The translations under genes and the position numbers were made by a program. A stretch of DNA of 24,776 bases from a virus (taxonomy: Duplodnaviria > Caudoviricetes), in IMG/VR virus record IMGVR_UViG_3300023283_000387, positions 1-24,776 of that record; one strand, 5' to 3'. The stretch's first letter is position 1. Each line of letters starts with the position of its first letter. A model generated the notes under the pieces. The model was not told the DNA's origin, searched no databases, and saw only the letters and a program-made list of their open reading frames with translations. This document shows, in pieces, positions 9,090-17,677 of this stretch.

Positions 9090-9380
9090 GGATGCACCTC
9101 CGTGTGCGTTGGGGGCCGGGTGGGGTCAGAAGTGCCTCCGGCGAAAATCCGGACAGCGCAAACAAACTGTGTGCAGACAGCCGACGCGTTCCCGTGCCAT
9201 CTCGGGCAGGTGCGCCGGGAAGGAACCGCGACGCGCTGCCACAGTGGCAGACGGCGGGGCCTCGGCCCACGGTCGCCCCTGTCGGAGAGGGGCGTCCGGT
9301 GGCCGCGTCCGTACCACCGGGTTGGCCGGACGCGACACGGGCCAACGTGGGCGACGCGGGGGTAATCCGGGGGCGGCGTG

Positions 9381-9657
9381 GTTCACGTTTCACCCTTTCA
9401 CCCCCCGTCTCACGTACACACGCAGATACACACGGGCGGGTGTCGCGCGAGGGGGTGGGGGTGAAAGAGAGAAACATGAAGAGAGAGTTGTTGTTTCTCT
9501 CTGTATTCATGCTGTTTCCGCGTTTCTCACGTTTCACCCTGCGGAGGTGAAACGTGGGTGAAACCAGAGAAACCTGACCACCGATTCGCGGTCTTGCAGG
9601 CGCGCCATTGCTGTTCACGTTTCACCCCCGTCGCTGGTTTCACCGTCAGGTTTCACC
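9381..9657. repeat. Iteron-like cluster, putative replication origin
   Basis: GTTTCACC at 9387, 9531, 9619, 9637, 9650 and inverted at 9546, 9557; CTTTCACC variants at 9395 and inverted at 9460; 15-bp direct repeat at 9381/9613; three 11-bp inverted repeats. Confidence 0.7.
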
Positions 9658-12068
9658 CCCTGCGGCAGGCGGTACACCCGAAGCGCTGAACCTGCCCGGG
9701 GCACGGTGACCACCTCGATGTCGCCTTGCTGGACCAGCGTCTCCACGAGCATGCCGAAGCTCTTGGAGTCCATCTTCATCCGCTTGAGCAGGACGCTGTG
9801 AGGCAGTTCGTGCCCCGGGGCGCTCCGCAGCTTCTCCACCGCCTTCAGGCACTCGGCGTGAAAGGGGTTCTCCGCCACGTGGCCTGCCGCCATGAACAGC
9901 ATGCGGCGGGTCTGGTGCATCACGAAGCGCGACGCCCACCGCACGGCGTCGATCCCGATGGACGGGGACTCGTGGTCTTCGCTGATCGCGTACAGCAGCG
10001 CCAGCTTGCGCGTCTGCTCGCTGACGCGGCCCCACACGGTGGTGCCGACGGAATCGCTCTTCGCCTCCGCCTCGGCGTACTCGGCCTCGGCCTCCTCACG
10101 GGTCTCGATGAGCAGGCGTCGGGCTTCATCCGTATGCCCGACGATGGCGGGTACGGGGTGAACGTCGAGCAGGTTGGCGCGGTGCTCGCCGGGATGGAGT
10201 TTGGACCACCAGGTCGCCGTCTCTACCACGCGCTCGGGCAGGTCGCAGATGCTTGGTTCCTGACCAGAGTTCCGGGGGCCGGCTTCGAGGATGATCATGC
10301 GGGCGAAGAAGCCGTTGGTGAGCATCCGCTCGCTGAGCGCCTCGTAGTAGTGATTCGGGATCGCGGTGCCGAAGATCACCAGGCATGGCTGATCGATCAC
10401 GCCCGGCGATTCCTTGCCCGCCTTGCGCCGCATGGGGAACACGCTGTTGGACGAGGAATACATCGTCAGCAGCGTGCTCATGATCGCCTCGTGCCTGGCG
10501 TCCTTGGCCTTGTTGATCGACTGAAGCATGCCGTCGATCTCGTCGGTCTGAAAGAGCATGCTCGGCGTCTGGAACAGCGCGTCCTGAATGCCTTCACCGG
10601 ACGCGAAGCGCTCGCCCAGCGATTCGGCCAGGCCGACCTCGTGGAGGATGCGGGTGTTGATCTTGCGGGGCCAGTCCTTGCCCGAGGCCGAATGGGCCAG
10701 ACCCAGCAGGTAGATGTTGGTGCGGTTGTCCCCGCTGTCGCGGACCTTGCGCCCAGCCAGAAACGCCAGCAGCGACAGCGCCCCGGCGAACGCCATGACC
10801 TGGTTCGGGTACGGCGCGGTGGCCAGGCAGTAGTCCATCACCTCGCTGACGAAGCCCGGCACGCGCAGCATCTCGTCCGACATCGGCCCCGGATCGGTGA
10901 TGTCTGGGCGACCCTCGGAATTGTCGGCGTTCTCGGCCGCACACCGGCGAATGTCGGAATTGTCCGACGCACCATGGCCGATGATGCCAACCATGCCGGA
11001 GATGTCCACGCCATGGGCGTTGTCTGCCAGAGAACTTCCGGGGTCGCCGCCGTAGCCCGACAGTCGCAGAGAACGCGCCGCCTGTTCGAAGTCGCCGCCG
11101 TGGTTGAGCAGCGAGAACACCGCGAAGGGAGAATAAGCGCGATTCGGTTCGAACGGTGCGGCGTTCGACGAGAAGACGTAGAAGACGCCGTCCTTCAGCG
11201 TAGCGGACATGCCCGATTCCTTGCCGGGCCGTCGCCAATATTCATTCTCCCCGCCCTTGACCCGCACCCATCCGTGTTGTGCAAGCACAGCCCGCACATC
11301 TCCGCGCGTGTTGAAATCGTCGCCGGGCCTGTCAACGTTCTCTGCCAGAGAGCCGTATGGTCCGGCTGACATGGGCATTCTCTGGCCGACCATGCCATTG
11401 TTCGACGGACAATCGACCATGTGCGGCATGTCGGCCGACACTCGCCCATTCTCTGCCGATGATGCCTCGTGGTGGCCGACATTCGCCGATGGTGTCCCAC
11501 CCCGGGGGCCATTCACCACCGGCGGCAGATACTCGTTCAGTTCCCATGCCGCCTGGAGCAGTAAATCACGCTCCGTCTCGGTCAGGACCGGCGGATCGCG
11601 CAGGTCGCCATGGCCGAGGATGTAGCCCATGGTCGGGGCGCACAGAAACAACCCGCCCTCGCCGCGCGTCTCGATGAGGGTGACGACCTTGCCATCCACC
11701 TTTCGCTGCGCCAGTTTCAGGTTGCCGCAAACCGGCACCTCGCAGCGGTAGATCACGTGGTAGCCGCCCGAGGGCGTGACCTCGACCACGAGCCGATCGT
11801 GCAGGTCAGCTGGGATGCGGTTCCACCACGCCGAGAACAGTTCCCCGCCGGCGTCGAAGTCGATGATCTCGGTGTTCCCCGACACCGCGCCGCAGAGAAT
11901 GCAGATGGCGTCGGGATTGTTCGCCATCCACGCCGACAACTCGGCCTCGGTCGGCCTTGTCCGCCGATACCGCTTCCATGCACCGACAGCCGGGCGCTTC
12001 TCCGCCCGCCTGGCCGGGAGCACGCACAGGCCGGCGCGGTGATAGGACATGGCCGTTTCGGTCAGCAT
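9615..12068 (-). CDS. Bifunctional primase/polymerase (Prim-Pol) fused to DUF3987-type helicase/ATPase
   Basis: 817 aa; N-terminal IIDFD, TPSGGYHVIYR, IETRGEGG; C-terminal P-loop AHSASGKD, Walker B FQTDE, NGFFAR. Confidence 0.85.
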   Translation of the reverse strand: MLTETAMSYHRAGLCVLPARRAEKRPAVGAWKRYRRTRPTEAELSAWMANNPDAICILCGAVSGNTEIIDFDAGGELFSAWWNRIPADLHDRLVVEVTPSGGYHVIYRCEVPVCGNLKLAQRKVDGKVVTLIETRGEGGLFLCAPTMGYILGHGDLRDPPVLTETERDLLLQAAWELNEYLPPVVNGPRGGTPSANVGHHEASSAENGRVSADMPHMVDCPSNNGMVGQRMPMSAGPYGSLAENVDRPGDDFNTRGDVRAVLAQHGWVRVKGGENEYWRRPGKESGMSATLKDGVFYVFSSNAAPFEPNRAYSPFAVFSLLNHGGDFEQAARSLRLSGYGGDPGSSLADNAHGVDISGMVGIIGHGASDNSDIRRCAAENADNSEGRPDITDPGPMSDEMLRVPGFVSEVMDYCLATAPYPNQVMAFAGALSLLAFLAGRKVRDSGDNRTNIYLLGLAHSASGKDWPRKINTRILHEVGLAESLGERFASGEGIQDALFQTPSMLFQTDEIDGMLQSINKAKDARHEAIMSTLLTMYSSSNSVFPMRRKAGKESPGVIDQPCLVIFGTAIPNHYYEALSERMLTNGFFARMIILEAGPRNSGQEPSICDLPERVVETATWWSKLHPGEHRANLLDVHPVPAIVGHTDEARRLLIETREEAEAEYAEAEAKSDSVGTTVWGRVSEQTRKLALLYAISEDHESPSIGIDAVRWASRFVMHQTRRMLFMAAGHVAENPFHAECLKAVEKLRSAPGHELPHSVLLKRMKMDSKSFGMLVETLVQQGDIEVVTVPRAGSALRVYRLPQGVKPDGETSDGGET

Positions 12069-13798
12069 CAGAACGGCACCTCATCGTCGGCCCCCGGACG
12101 GGGCATGTATTCCGGTTCACCACCAGCCAGATCGCCGATGGTGATGGCGGGCGGTTTGTCGTCGAGCTGGTAGTTCACGATCCGGTCGTACTTCTCGCCG
12201 GTCACGCTGCGCACCGTGATGGCGTGCGTGGGCGCGAGCGCACCGGCGTCGGCCAGTTCGACCGCCTCGTCGGCGTCGGCCGGGCACGGGTCGTTGGAGC
12301 GCATCTGCCACCAGGCTTCCGCCTTTTGCCGGGCGTAACTGCCGGGCGGATGCTCGACGCAGACCCACTCGCTGCGGTGGTCGTTGAAGCCGACGCGGTA
12401 GTCGACACGCAGCGTGCGCGGGTGCCCCTCGGGGGCGTCGCGCTTGACATGGGCCGAGTAGTAAACGTCCTGGACCTCGTACTCGGTCTCCGTGACCTCG
12501 CCGGAAAGCACCCCGGCGGTCGACGCCTCACGCTCATGCTGGTCGCGCTGCGGCGGCGGGAATTCATACCCGCATTCAGGACAGACGCTGTAGGCGGCGT
12601 GGATGACCGCGTTGCACTGCGGGCATTCTTTGGCGGGTGCTTCGCCATTGCCCGGCGACCGATCCTCGACCTGCAGCGCATCGACCGGCCCGTGCCGCAG
12701 GATGTTGCCGTCGAAGTCGAGGACCAGGCAGTTCTCCTTCGACGGGTGCAGGCGGAAGCCCCGCCCGACCATCTGGTAGTAGAGGCCCGGCGAGTTCGTC
12801 GGCCGCAGCAGCGCCACCGCGTCGATGTTCGGCGCATCGAACCCGGTGGTCAGGACGTTCACGTTGACCAAGTACTTGAGGTCGCCGTTTTTGAAGCGCT
12901 CCAGCGTCTGCGTCCGCTCGAAGGGCAGCGTCTCTCCGCAGACGAACCCGCATTCGCGGCCCATCTCCTCCAGCACCTTCTGGATGTGCAGGGCGTGGTC
13001 CACACCGGCGGCGAAGATGAGCACGCTGTTGCGATTCTCGGTCTGATCGACAATCTCCCGGCACGCCGAGCGCACCAGTCCGTCCTCGTCCATCAGCGCC
13101 TCGACCTCACCGGCGATGAACTCGCCGCCCCGCAGGTGCAGCCCGGACGTGTCGGCCTTGCGCCGGCCGGCCTTGCTCTTGAGCGGGCACAGATACCCCT
13201 GCACGATCAGCTCGCGCACGCCCACCTCGTAGCAGACGTGATTGAGCAGCCCTTCCGGGGCAGGGGAACAGATGGTGCCCGTGGTCATGCGGTACGGCGT
13301 GGCCGTCAGCCCGATCAGCCGCACGTTCGGGTTGACGATCTTCGCCTCAGCGAGGAACTGCTGGTACATCCCGTCGCCCGCGGGCGGGATCATGTGCGCC
13401 TCATCTATAAGGATGAGGTCGAAGCGGTCCAGCTCGGCCGCCCGGCGGTACACGCTCTGGATGCCGGCGACGATGATGGAATGGTCGGTGTCCCGGCTCT
13501 TGAGGCTGGCGGAGTAGACCCCGATGCGGTGCCAGAGGTCGGGGGCCGTGGCGTGCAGCTTGTCCACCGCCTGTTCGAGCAGTTCCTTCACGTGCGCCAG
13601 GACCAGCACGCGGCCATCCCATTGCTGGACGGCGTCGCGGCAGATGGTGCTCATCACCGGCGTTTTCCCGCCGGCCGTCGGGATCACCACGCACGGGTTG
13701 TCGTCCCGCGTGCGCAGGTGCTGGTACACCGCCTCGACCGCCTCGGCCTGGTACGGGCGCAGCGTCATGGGGTTGGATGGCGCAACCGCCGTGGTCAT
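12068..13798 (-). CDS. SF2 DEAD/DEAH-box helicase with Zn ribbon (RadD/YejH-like)
   Basis: Likely start ATG 13798 (ATGA overlap), 576 aa; LRPYQ, PTAGGKT, DEAH, TATP, TTGFD, QMVGRGFR, CPQC...CPEC. Confidence 0.92.
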   Translation of the reverse strand: MTTAVAPSNPMTLRPYQAEAVEAVYQHLRTRDDNPCVVIPTAGGKTPVMSTICRDAVQQWDGRVLVLAHVKELLEQAVDKLHATAPDLWHRIGVYSASLKSRDTDHSIIVAGIQSVYRRAAELDRFDLILIDEAHMIPPAGDGMYQQFLAEAKIVNPNVRLIGLTATPYRMTTGTICSPAPEGLLNHVCYEVGVRELIVQGYLCPLKSKAGRRKADTSGLHLRGGEFIAGEVEALMDEDGLVRSACREIVDQTENRNSVLIFAAGVDHALHIQKVLEEMGRECGFVCGETLPFERTQTLERFKNGDLKYLVNVNVLTTGFDAPNIDAVALLRPTNSPGLYYQMVGRGFRLHPSKENCLVLDFDGNILRHGPVDALQVEDRSPGNGEAPAKECPQCNAVIHAAYSVCPECGYEFPPPQRDQHEREASTAGVLSGEVTETEYEVQDVYYSAHVKRDAPEGHPRTLRVDYRVGFNDHRSEWVCVEHPPGSYARQKAEAWWQMRSNDPCPADADEAVELADAGALAPTHAITVRSVTGEKYDRIVNYQLDDKPPAITIGDLAGGEPEYMPRPGADDEVPF

Positions 13799-14580
13799 GC
13801 CGCCACCTCCTTGCCGTCGGGCAGAATGCACCGGTCGTCCAGAATGGGAATCGTGTAGAGCGTGTCGCTGCGTCGGCCGAGGTAGCCGAGGATGAAGCCG
13901 TTGACCCACTCCACGGGCCGGCCGGTGCCGTAGAGCGGGATGGGCTGGCAAAGGCAGCCGCCGCTGCGGGCCTGGACGATCTGCCCGGGCGACCAGATGT
14001 TCTGGATCATGCTGGAGTCGGCGCGGTGGGTGTGGCCGTGAATGACGCTCTTGCCCTGGCTGATCTGCAGGTGGTTCTTCGTCGCGTGGCGGGCGAAGGA
14101 CCAGCCGTGCACGGCGATGATGCGATTGTTGATCGCGTAGTGCGGGTAGCGCGCCGTGGCCGACCCGTAGGGCACGTAAGTGAACTTCGAGCGGCCCTTG
14201 CTCAGTTGCAAACGCGGCGCGAGCATGGAGTAGGCCCCGCGCCCCTCGCTGGTTGCTGCCGCCCACCGATCGAGACGGTACTCGTGGTTGCCTTCGACCA
14301 TCACCAGCTTGTCGCAGCACGCCTGCACGCGGTCGAGCAGCGCGTTGGCGGTCTTCAGATCGTCGTGGTAGTCCGTCTCCGGCACCCCGTACGTCGGCGG
14401 ATGCGACGAGAACTGCCCGCAATCGAGCAGGTCGCCCAGGCACACGATCAGCTCGGGGCGGATGTGCTCGGCCGCGCGGCAGAACACCTCCACCGCCTTG
14501 GCGTTCTGATGCGGGATGTGCACGTCGCCGAAGGCGACCAGGGTCTTGCTTTTGGTTTTGGCGCGAGCGGTTTTCGCCAT
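13795..14580 (-). CDS. Calcineurin-like metallophosphoesterase
   Basis: 261 aa; GDVH, GDLLD, GNHE, VHG, HGHTH motifs. Confidence 0.9.
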   Translation of the reverse strand: MAKTARAKTKSKTLVAFGDVHIPHQNAKAVEVFCRAAEHIRPELIVCLGDLLDCGQFSSHPPTYGVPETDYHDDLKTANALLDRVQACCDKLVMVEGNHEYRLDRWAAATSEGRGAYSMLAPRLQLSKGRSKFTYVPYGSATARYPHYAINNRIIAVHGWSFARHATKNHLQISQGKSVIHGHTHRADSSMIQNIWSPGQIVQARSGGCLCQPIPLYGTGRPVEWVNGFILGYLGRRSDTLYTIPILDDRCILPDGKEVAA

Positions 14581-14581
14581 A

Positions 14582-15217
14582 TCACTCCACCCCCGCGACC
14601 ATGGCGGCCGTTCTGGCGTAGCCGGCGACGTCGACGAGGTTGTCCCGCTTGTGGCGGTGGGCCTGGCGGGCGAGTTTGACAGCGATCATGCACAGCGGCA
14701 CGTCCATCGCCGTGACCTCGGTGCCCTCACGCAGCTTGTTGGCCAGAATGCCCGACCACATGCGGGCGGTACGGGCAAAGTCGTCGGCGGGGTGGCCATA
14801 GTCGCCGTGGCGGGTGGTGGTGGTGATGCGCTTCGCTTCGTCGAGAACTGATTCGCCGTCACGATCACCGCCCAGCACCACCTTCGCGTCAGGCAGTGAG
14901 TCGAGCGACTGGAGCGTCTCGGTGTCGAAGATGGGCATCTGCAGTTCACGCGCCAGCAGGTATTCGAGCTTCGCGCCCAGCGACGTCTCCCATCCGGGCA
15001 GCACAGCCATGGCGTCGCACTGGAGCAGCAGCACCACGTCGGCCCGAAGGTAGCTGGACCGGGGCAGGTCAGTGCGTCCGCCGAAGTTGTCGGCCGGGTT
15101 CACCACCTCGCATCCCGCTTCGTGCAGCCGTCCGGCCGCCGCGTGGAAAGCCGGGAAGTTGTGCTCGGGATGCCCGGTCATCGGCCCGGCGATGTAGATT
15201 CGCTTCGGCTTGCTCAT
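14582..15217 (-). CDS. DUF4406 (nucleoside deoxyribosyltransferase-like) - DUF6378 fusion
   Basis: 211 aa; N-terminal RIYIAGPMTG...NFPAF...VVNPA...LPGWETSLGAKLE; C-terminal VLDEA...RHGDYGHP...VKLAR...DNLVDVAGYA. Confidence 0.75.
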   Translation of the reverse strand: MSKPKRIYIAGPMTGHPEHNFPAFHAAAGRLHEAGCEVVNPADNFGGRTDLPRSSYLRADVVLLLQCDAMAVLPGWETSLGAKLEYLLARELQMPIFDTETLQSLDSLPDAKVVLGGDRDGESVLDEAKRITTTTRHGDYGHPADDFARTARMWSGILANKLREGTEVTAMDVPLCMIAVKLARQAHRHKRDNLVDVAGYARTAAMVAGVE

Positions 15218-15219
15218 CG

Positions 15220-15636
15220 TCAGTTGTTCTCCGGGTTGGCTGGGGCACCGCAGAGCGGGCAGCGGCGCAAGGGCAGGTCATGGATGCCGACCTCGATCCG
15301 ACCGCCCGGCGTGATGCCGCAGCGGCGGGTGATCAGCAGATCGACCTGGCTGTCGTCCTCGTACACACCGCCGTGCTCGAGCGAGTCGAGCACCGCCTTC
15401 TGGATGTTGTCCAGGTCGCGCCGGCGTCGGTCGGGCGGGAACGCATCCATGTCCAGTGCAATGCGGCCGCCGGAAGGTGGCTTGCGGGGGCCGTTGCCGC
15501 CGCTTCCGGGGGCGGCCAGGAGGGCGCGGACGCGTTCGCGGTACGCCCGGCCCTCCCGGCTGATGACCATCCGACCCCGGTAGTGCCGCCAGTAGTGATT
15601 GACCGACGGCGGATAAGGAAGAACCAGTGCTTCCAT
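15220..15636 (-). CDS. rusA: RusA family Holliday junction resolvase
   Basis: LPYPPSVNHYW, PPDRRRRDLDNIQKAVLDSL, YEDDSQV; ATG 15636 in a TAATG overlap. Confidence 0.92.
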   Translation of the reverse strand: MEALVLPYPPSVNHYWRHYRGRMVISREGRAYRERVRALLAAPGSGGNGPRKPPSGGRIALDMDAFPPDRRRRDLDNIQKAVLDSLEHGGVYEDDSQVDLLITRRCGITPGGRIEVGIHDLPLRRCPLCGAPANPENN

Positions 15637-15869
15637 TACCACTTCGCCTCCTCGTCAGCCCAAGACATGGTGTGCAGCCACACCAGCAGTGCGATGAACC
15701 CGATGGCGACCAGGGCCGTTGGGCCACCGGCAACCGACAGGCACAGGCCGAAGAGGCGATCCATCTGCGTCCACTTGCCGAACTCGGCAACGTGGAACCG
15801 GCGCATGATCAGGTAGCACAGTGGCGCACAGATGATCCAGAGAATCAGCATCGTGATGATCAGTGTCAT
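15636..15869 (-). CDS. Small two-TM membrane protein
   Basis: 77 aa with two hydrophobic stretches; fills the gap between DUF669 and rusA and is coupled to rusA. Confidence 0.65.
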   Translation of the reverse strand: MTLIITMLILWIICAPLCYLIMRRFHVAEFGKWTQMDRLFGLCLSVAGGPTALVAIGFIALLVWLHTMSWADEEAKW

Positions 15870-15885
15870 GGTGTGTTTCTGTTGT

Positions 15886-16353
15886 TCAGCGTTTCCAGGG
15901 CGGGGTGTTGCTCGTGACAGGGGCCTGTTGCGGTTGTCCGCCCCCGGAAGTGACCGAGGCCTTGGGCTCGTAGCCCTTGACCTCGTTGCTCAGCTCGCCG
16001 GTGTCCTGGCGCTTCTTGCACTTGACGGTGATCAGCAGCGGGATGTTGTGAAGCTCGACCGAGTCGCGCGGCTGCATCACGCCAGTGGCGCGGCAGATGG
16101 CCGAGAGGTTGCCCCGGGCGATCTTCACCGTCGTCGCGTTGGGGTGGTTGATGCACAACCGGTCCCACACCTTGCGGTCCTTGAACTCACCTTCGAGGAC
16201 GGTGAACTCGAGCTGCAGGTAGCTGCCGTCGCCGTTTTTCGTCGGCTTCATCTCCGACGCGGTGACGGCCGCGAGGTACTTGCCCGCCGGCAGCGGGTCG
16301 AAGGCGGCATTGGGTTCGACTTCGTGCGCATTGAATCCGTTGAGGTTTGCCAT
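15886..16353 (-). CDS. DUF669 protein (phage SSB-like)
   Basis: 155 aa; FDPLPAGKY, YLQLEFTVLEG, NEVKGY, terminal PPW; AAGGAG RBS; follows the AAA ATPase as in Sak4-type modules. Confidence 0.85.
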   Translation of the reverse strand: MANLNGFNAHEVEPNAAFDPLPAGKYLAAVTASEMKPTKNGDGSYLQLEFTVLEGEFKDRKVWDRLCINHPNATTVKIARGNLSAICRATGVMQPRDSVELHNIPLLITVKCKKRQDTGELSNEVKGYEPKASVTSGGGQPQQAPVTSNTPPWKR

Positions 16354-16356
16354 GGT

Positions 16357-17202
16357 TCAGGACTCCTTGGTTGTTGCGGGTTGGGTGGTGTGATCACCGG
16401 CGAGGCGCAGGTTCGGTCTCGCATCGGGACTGGCATTCGTGGTGCTGGTCAGCGCCTGCATCAGCGCCGACCAAGAGAGGGGAAGCTCAGCGGGCAGGTC
16501 GTAGCGGTTCTTCGCCACGCAGGCCGGGCTGCCGACGGTGCGAAGCACACGCTCACCGCCATCCTTGCCCAGGCCAGCCGCGATGGTCCGATCGCGTCCG
16601 AACCCGCCGCCCCCGGACTCGGTCTTGGTGATGATCTTCCGCGTGGCGAACAGCACCGCGTCCGCCCATTCGGTGATCAGCGCCGTGGCGTGCTTGTGCA
16701 GGCGCGGCGAGTAGCGGTCGTAGGCCGCGTGCTCGGGATCGGCGAAGGTCTCGACCTTGGCGTGGGCGAGCAGGATCACGCACATGCCGCGCCGGTTGCG
16801 GAGCGTGTTGAGGTCGTGCAGCACCGAACGCCACTGCGTCAGGGCGTGCGTGTATCCGCGGGCGTAGCCGCCGTCGACCTTTTCGATGCTGGTGACGCCG
16901 TACTGCCGGCACAGGTCGTCCCAGATCAGCCGCTCGAGCCAGTCGACGCTGTCGATGACGACCGACTCGAAGTCGTGCTCGTCGTTGATCAGCGCCGCCA
17001 GCGACTCCTTCACCTCCGCGAACGTGGTCGCCAGGGGGAAACTGGCGCAGTCGATCTGGTCGAGACCGTCTTCGGTCTGGATGAAGATCGGGTTGGGTGC
17101 CTGGGCGGCGGCGGTCGACTTGCCGATGCCCTCGGTGCCGTAGATCAGCAGTCGCGGCGGCGAGTGGCGTCGGCCGGTGTGGATGCGTTCCATCAGTGTC
17201 AT
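16357..17202 (-). CDS. AAA_24 ATP-binding protein (Sak4-like recombination ATPase)
   Basis: LIYGTEGIGKS Walker A, VVIDSVDWLE Walker B, VAKNRY; ATG 17202 in an ATGA overlap. Confidence 0.85.
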   Translation of the reverse strand: MTLMERIHTGRRHSPPRLLIYGTEGIGKSTAAAQAPNPIFIQTEDGLDQIDCASFPLATTFAEVKESLAALINDEHDFESVVIDSVDWLERLIWDDLCRQYGVTSIEKVDGGYARGYTHALTQWRSVLHDLNTLRNRRGMCVILLAHAKVETFADPEHAAYDRYSPRLHKHATALITEWADAVLFATRKIITKTESGGGGFGRDRTIAAGLGKDGGERVLRTVGSPACVAKNRYDLPAELPLSWSALMQALTSTTNASPDARPNLRLAGDHTTQPATTKES

Positions 17203-17513
17203 GCGCATGCTCCGGTGCAGGTGGTGGGTGATTGTGTGAAGGGGCCGGGCAGCCAGGTCATCGCCTCTCGATCGCTGACGGTGCAGGTGCGTGCCGGCCC
17301 ATTGCGGACAAGGTTGGCTTTGCGGAGTTCAGGCAGACGCTTGTGCGCCTTGATGCCGAGTTCGTCTTCGATCTCGCGGGCGGTCAGACCGGGCAGCCGC
17401 TGAACGGCGTCGAAACACATGGCCCGGTGCCGTAGCGCCGAACCGCTGGACTCGATCTCCCGCCCGGCCATTGCGGAGGTGTGCGGGTCGGTGTTGCGGT
17501 AGTTGTGATTCAT
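17199..17513 (-). CDS. Small phage winged-HTH protein
   Basis: 104 aa from ATG 17513 with GAGGA RBS; RNTDPHTS...PGLTAREI...HKRLPEL pattern seen in phage wHTH proteins. Confidence 0.7.
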   Translation of the reverse strand: MNHNYRNTDPHTSAMAGREIESSGSALRHRAMCFDAVQRLPGLTAREIEDELGIKAHKRLPELRKANLVRNGPARTCTVSDREAMTWLPGPFTQSPTTCTGACA

Positions 17514-17548
17514 CGTGCGGGTCCTCATTGGCTTTGGGTTCGTGGGTG

Positions 17549-17668
17549 AAAAAGCGCCCGGGCGGTTGCGGAGAAGTCCGGAGCCGTCTGCCGCCCCCAC
17601 TCCGGGGGCCGGTCCACGCTTCCGTGCCTTTGCGGCACTCGGCTGCCGGGGGCAATCCGCCCGGGCGC
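17549..17668 (-). ncRNA. Candidate structured RNA / attenuator with U-tract
   Basis: 12+4 bp closing stem (17554-17569 with 17652-17668), nested stems inside, followed by T5 on the minus strand. Confidence 0.5.
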
Positions 17669-17677
17669 GAAGAGGGG

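Noticed and set aside
9046-9618. 190-aa ORF and other ORFs across the primase-MTase gap
   Set aside because: Low-complexity translation of a repeat- and palindrome-rich region better explained as cis-acting DNA; a short peptide coupled to the primase stop cannot be fully excluded.
9381-9657. Possible CRISPR array
   Set aside because: Repeats are 8-15 bp, irregularly spaced and in both orientations; no cas genes in the window.
13799-14443. 215-aa N-terminal extension of the helicase in the ORF track
   Set aside because: Arg/Pro-rich alternate frame overlapping the metallophosphoesterase; ATG 13798 gives an ATGA overlap, an RBS and a normal helicase start.
1559-17403. Long + strand ORFs (1559-2638, 3278-4915, 7893-9365, 9726-11369, 11957-13858, 15832-17403)
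   Set aside because: Each is antisense to a recognisable phage gene and has no motifs of its own.
17549-17668. Possible tRNA or hammerhead ribozyme
   Set aside because: No T-loop GTTCRA, no tRNA-sized acceptor/anticodon arms and no CUGANGA/GAAA core on either strand.
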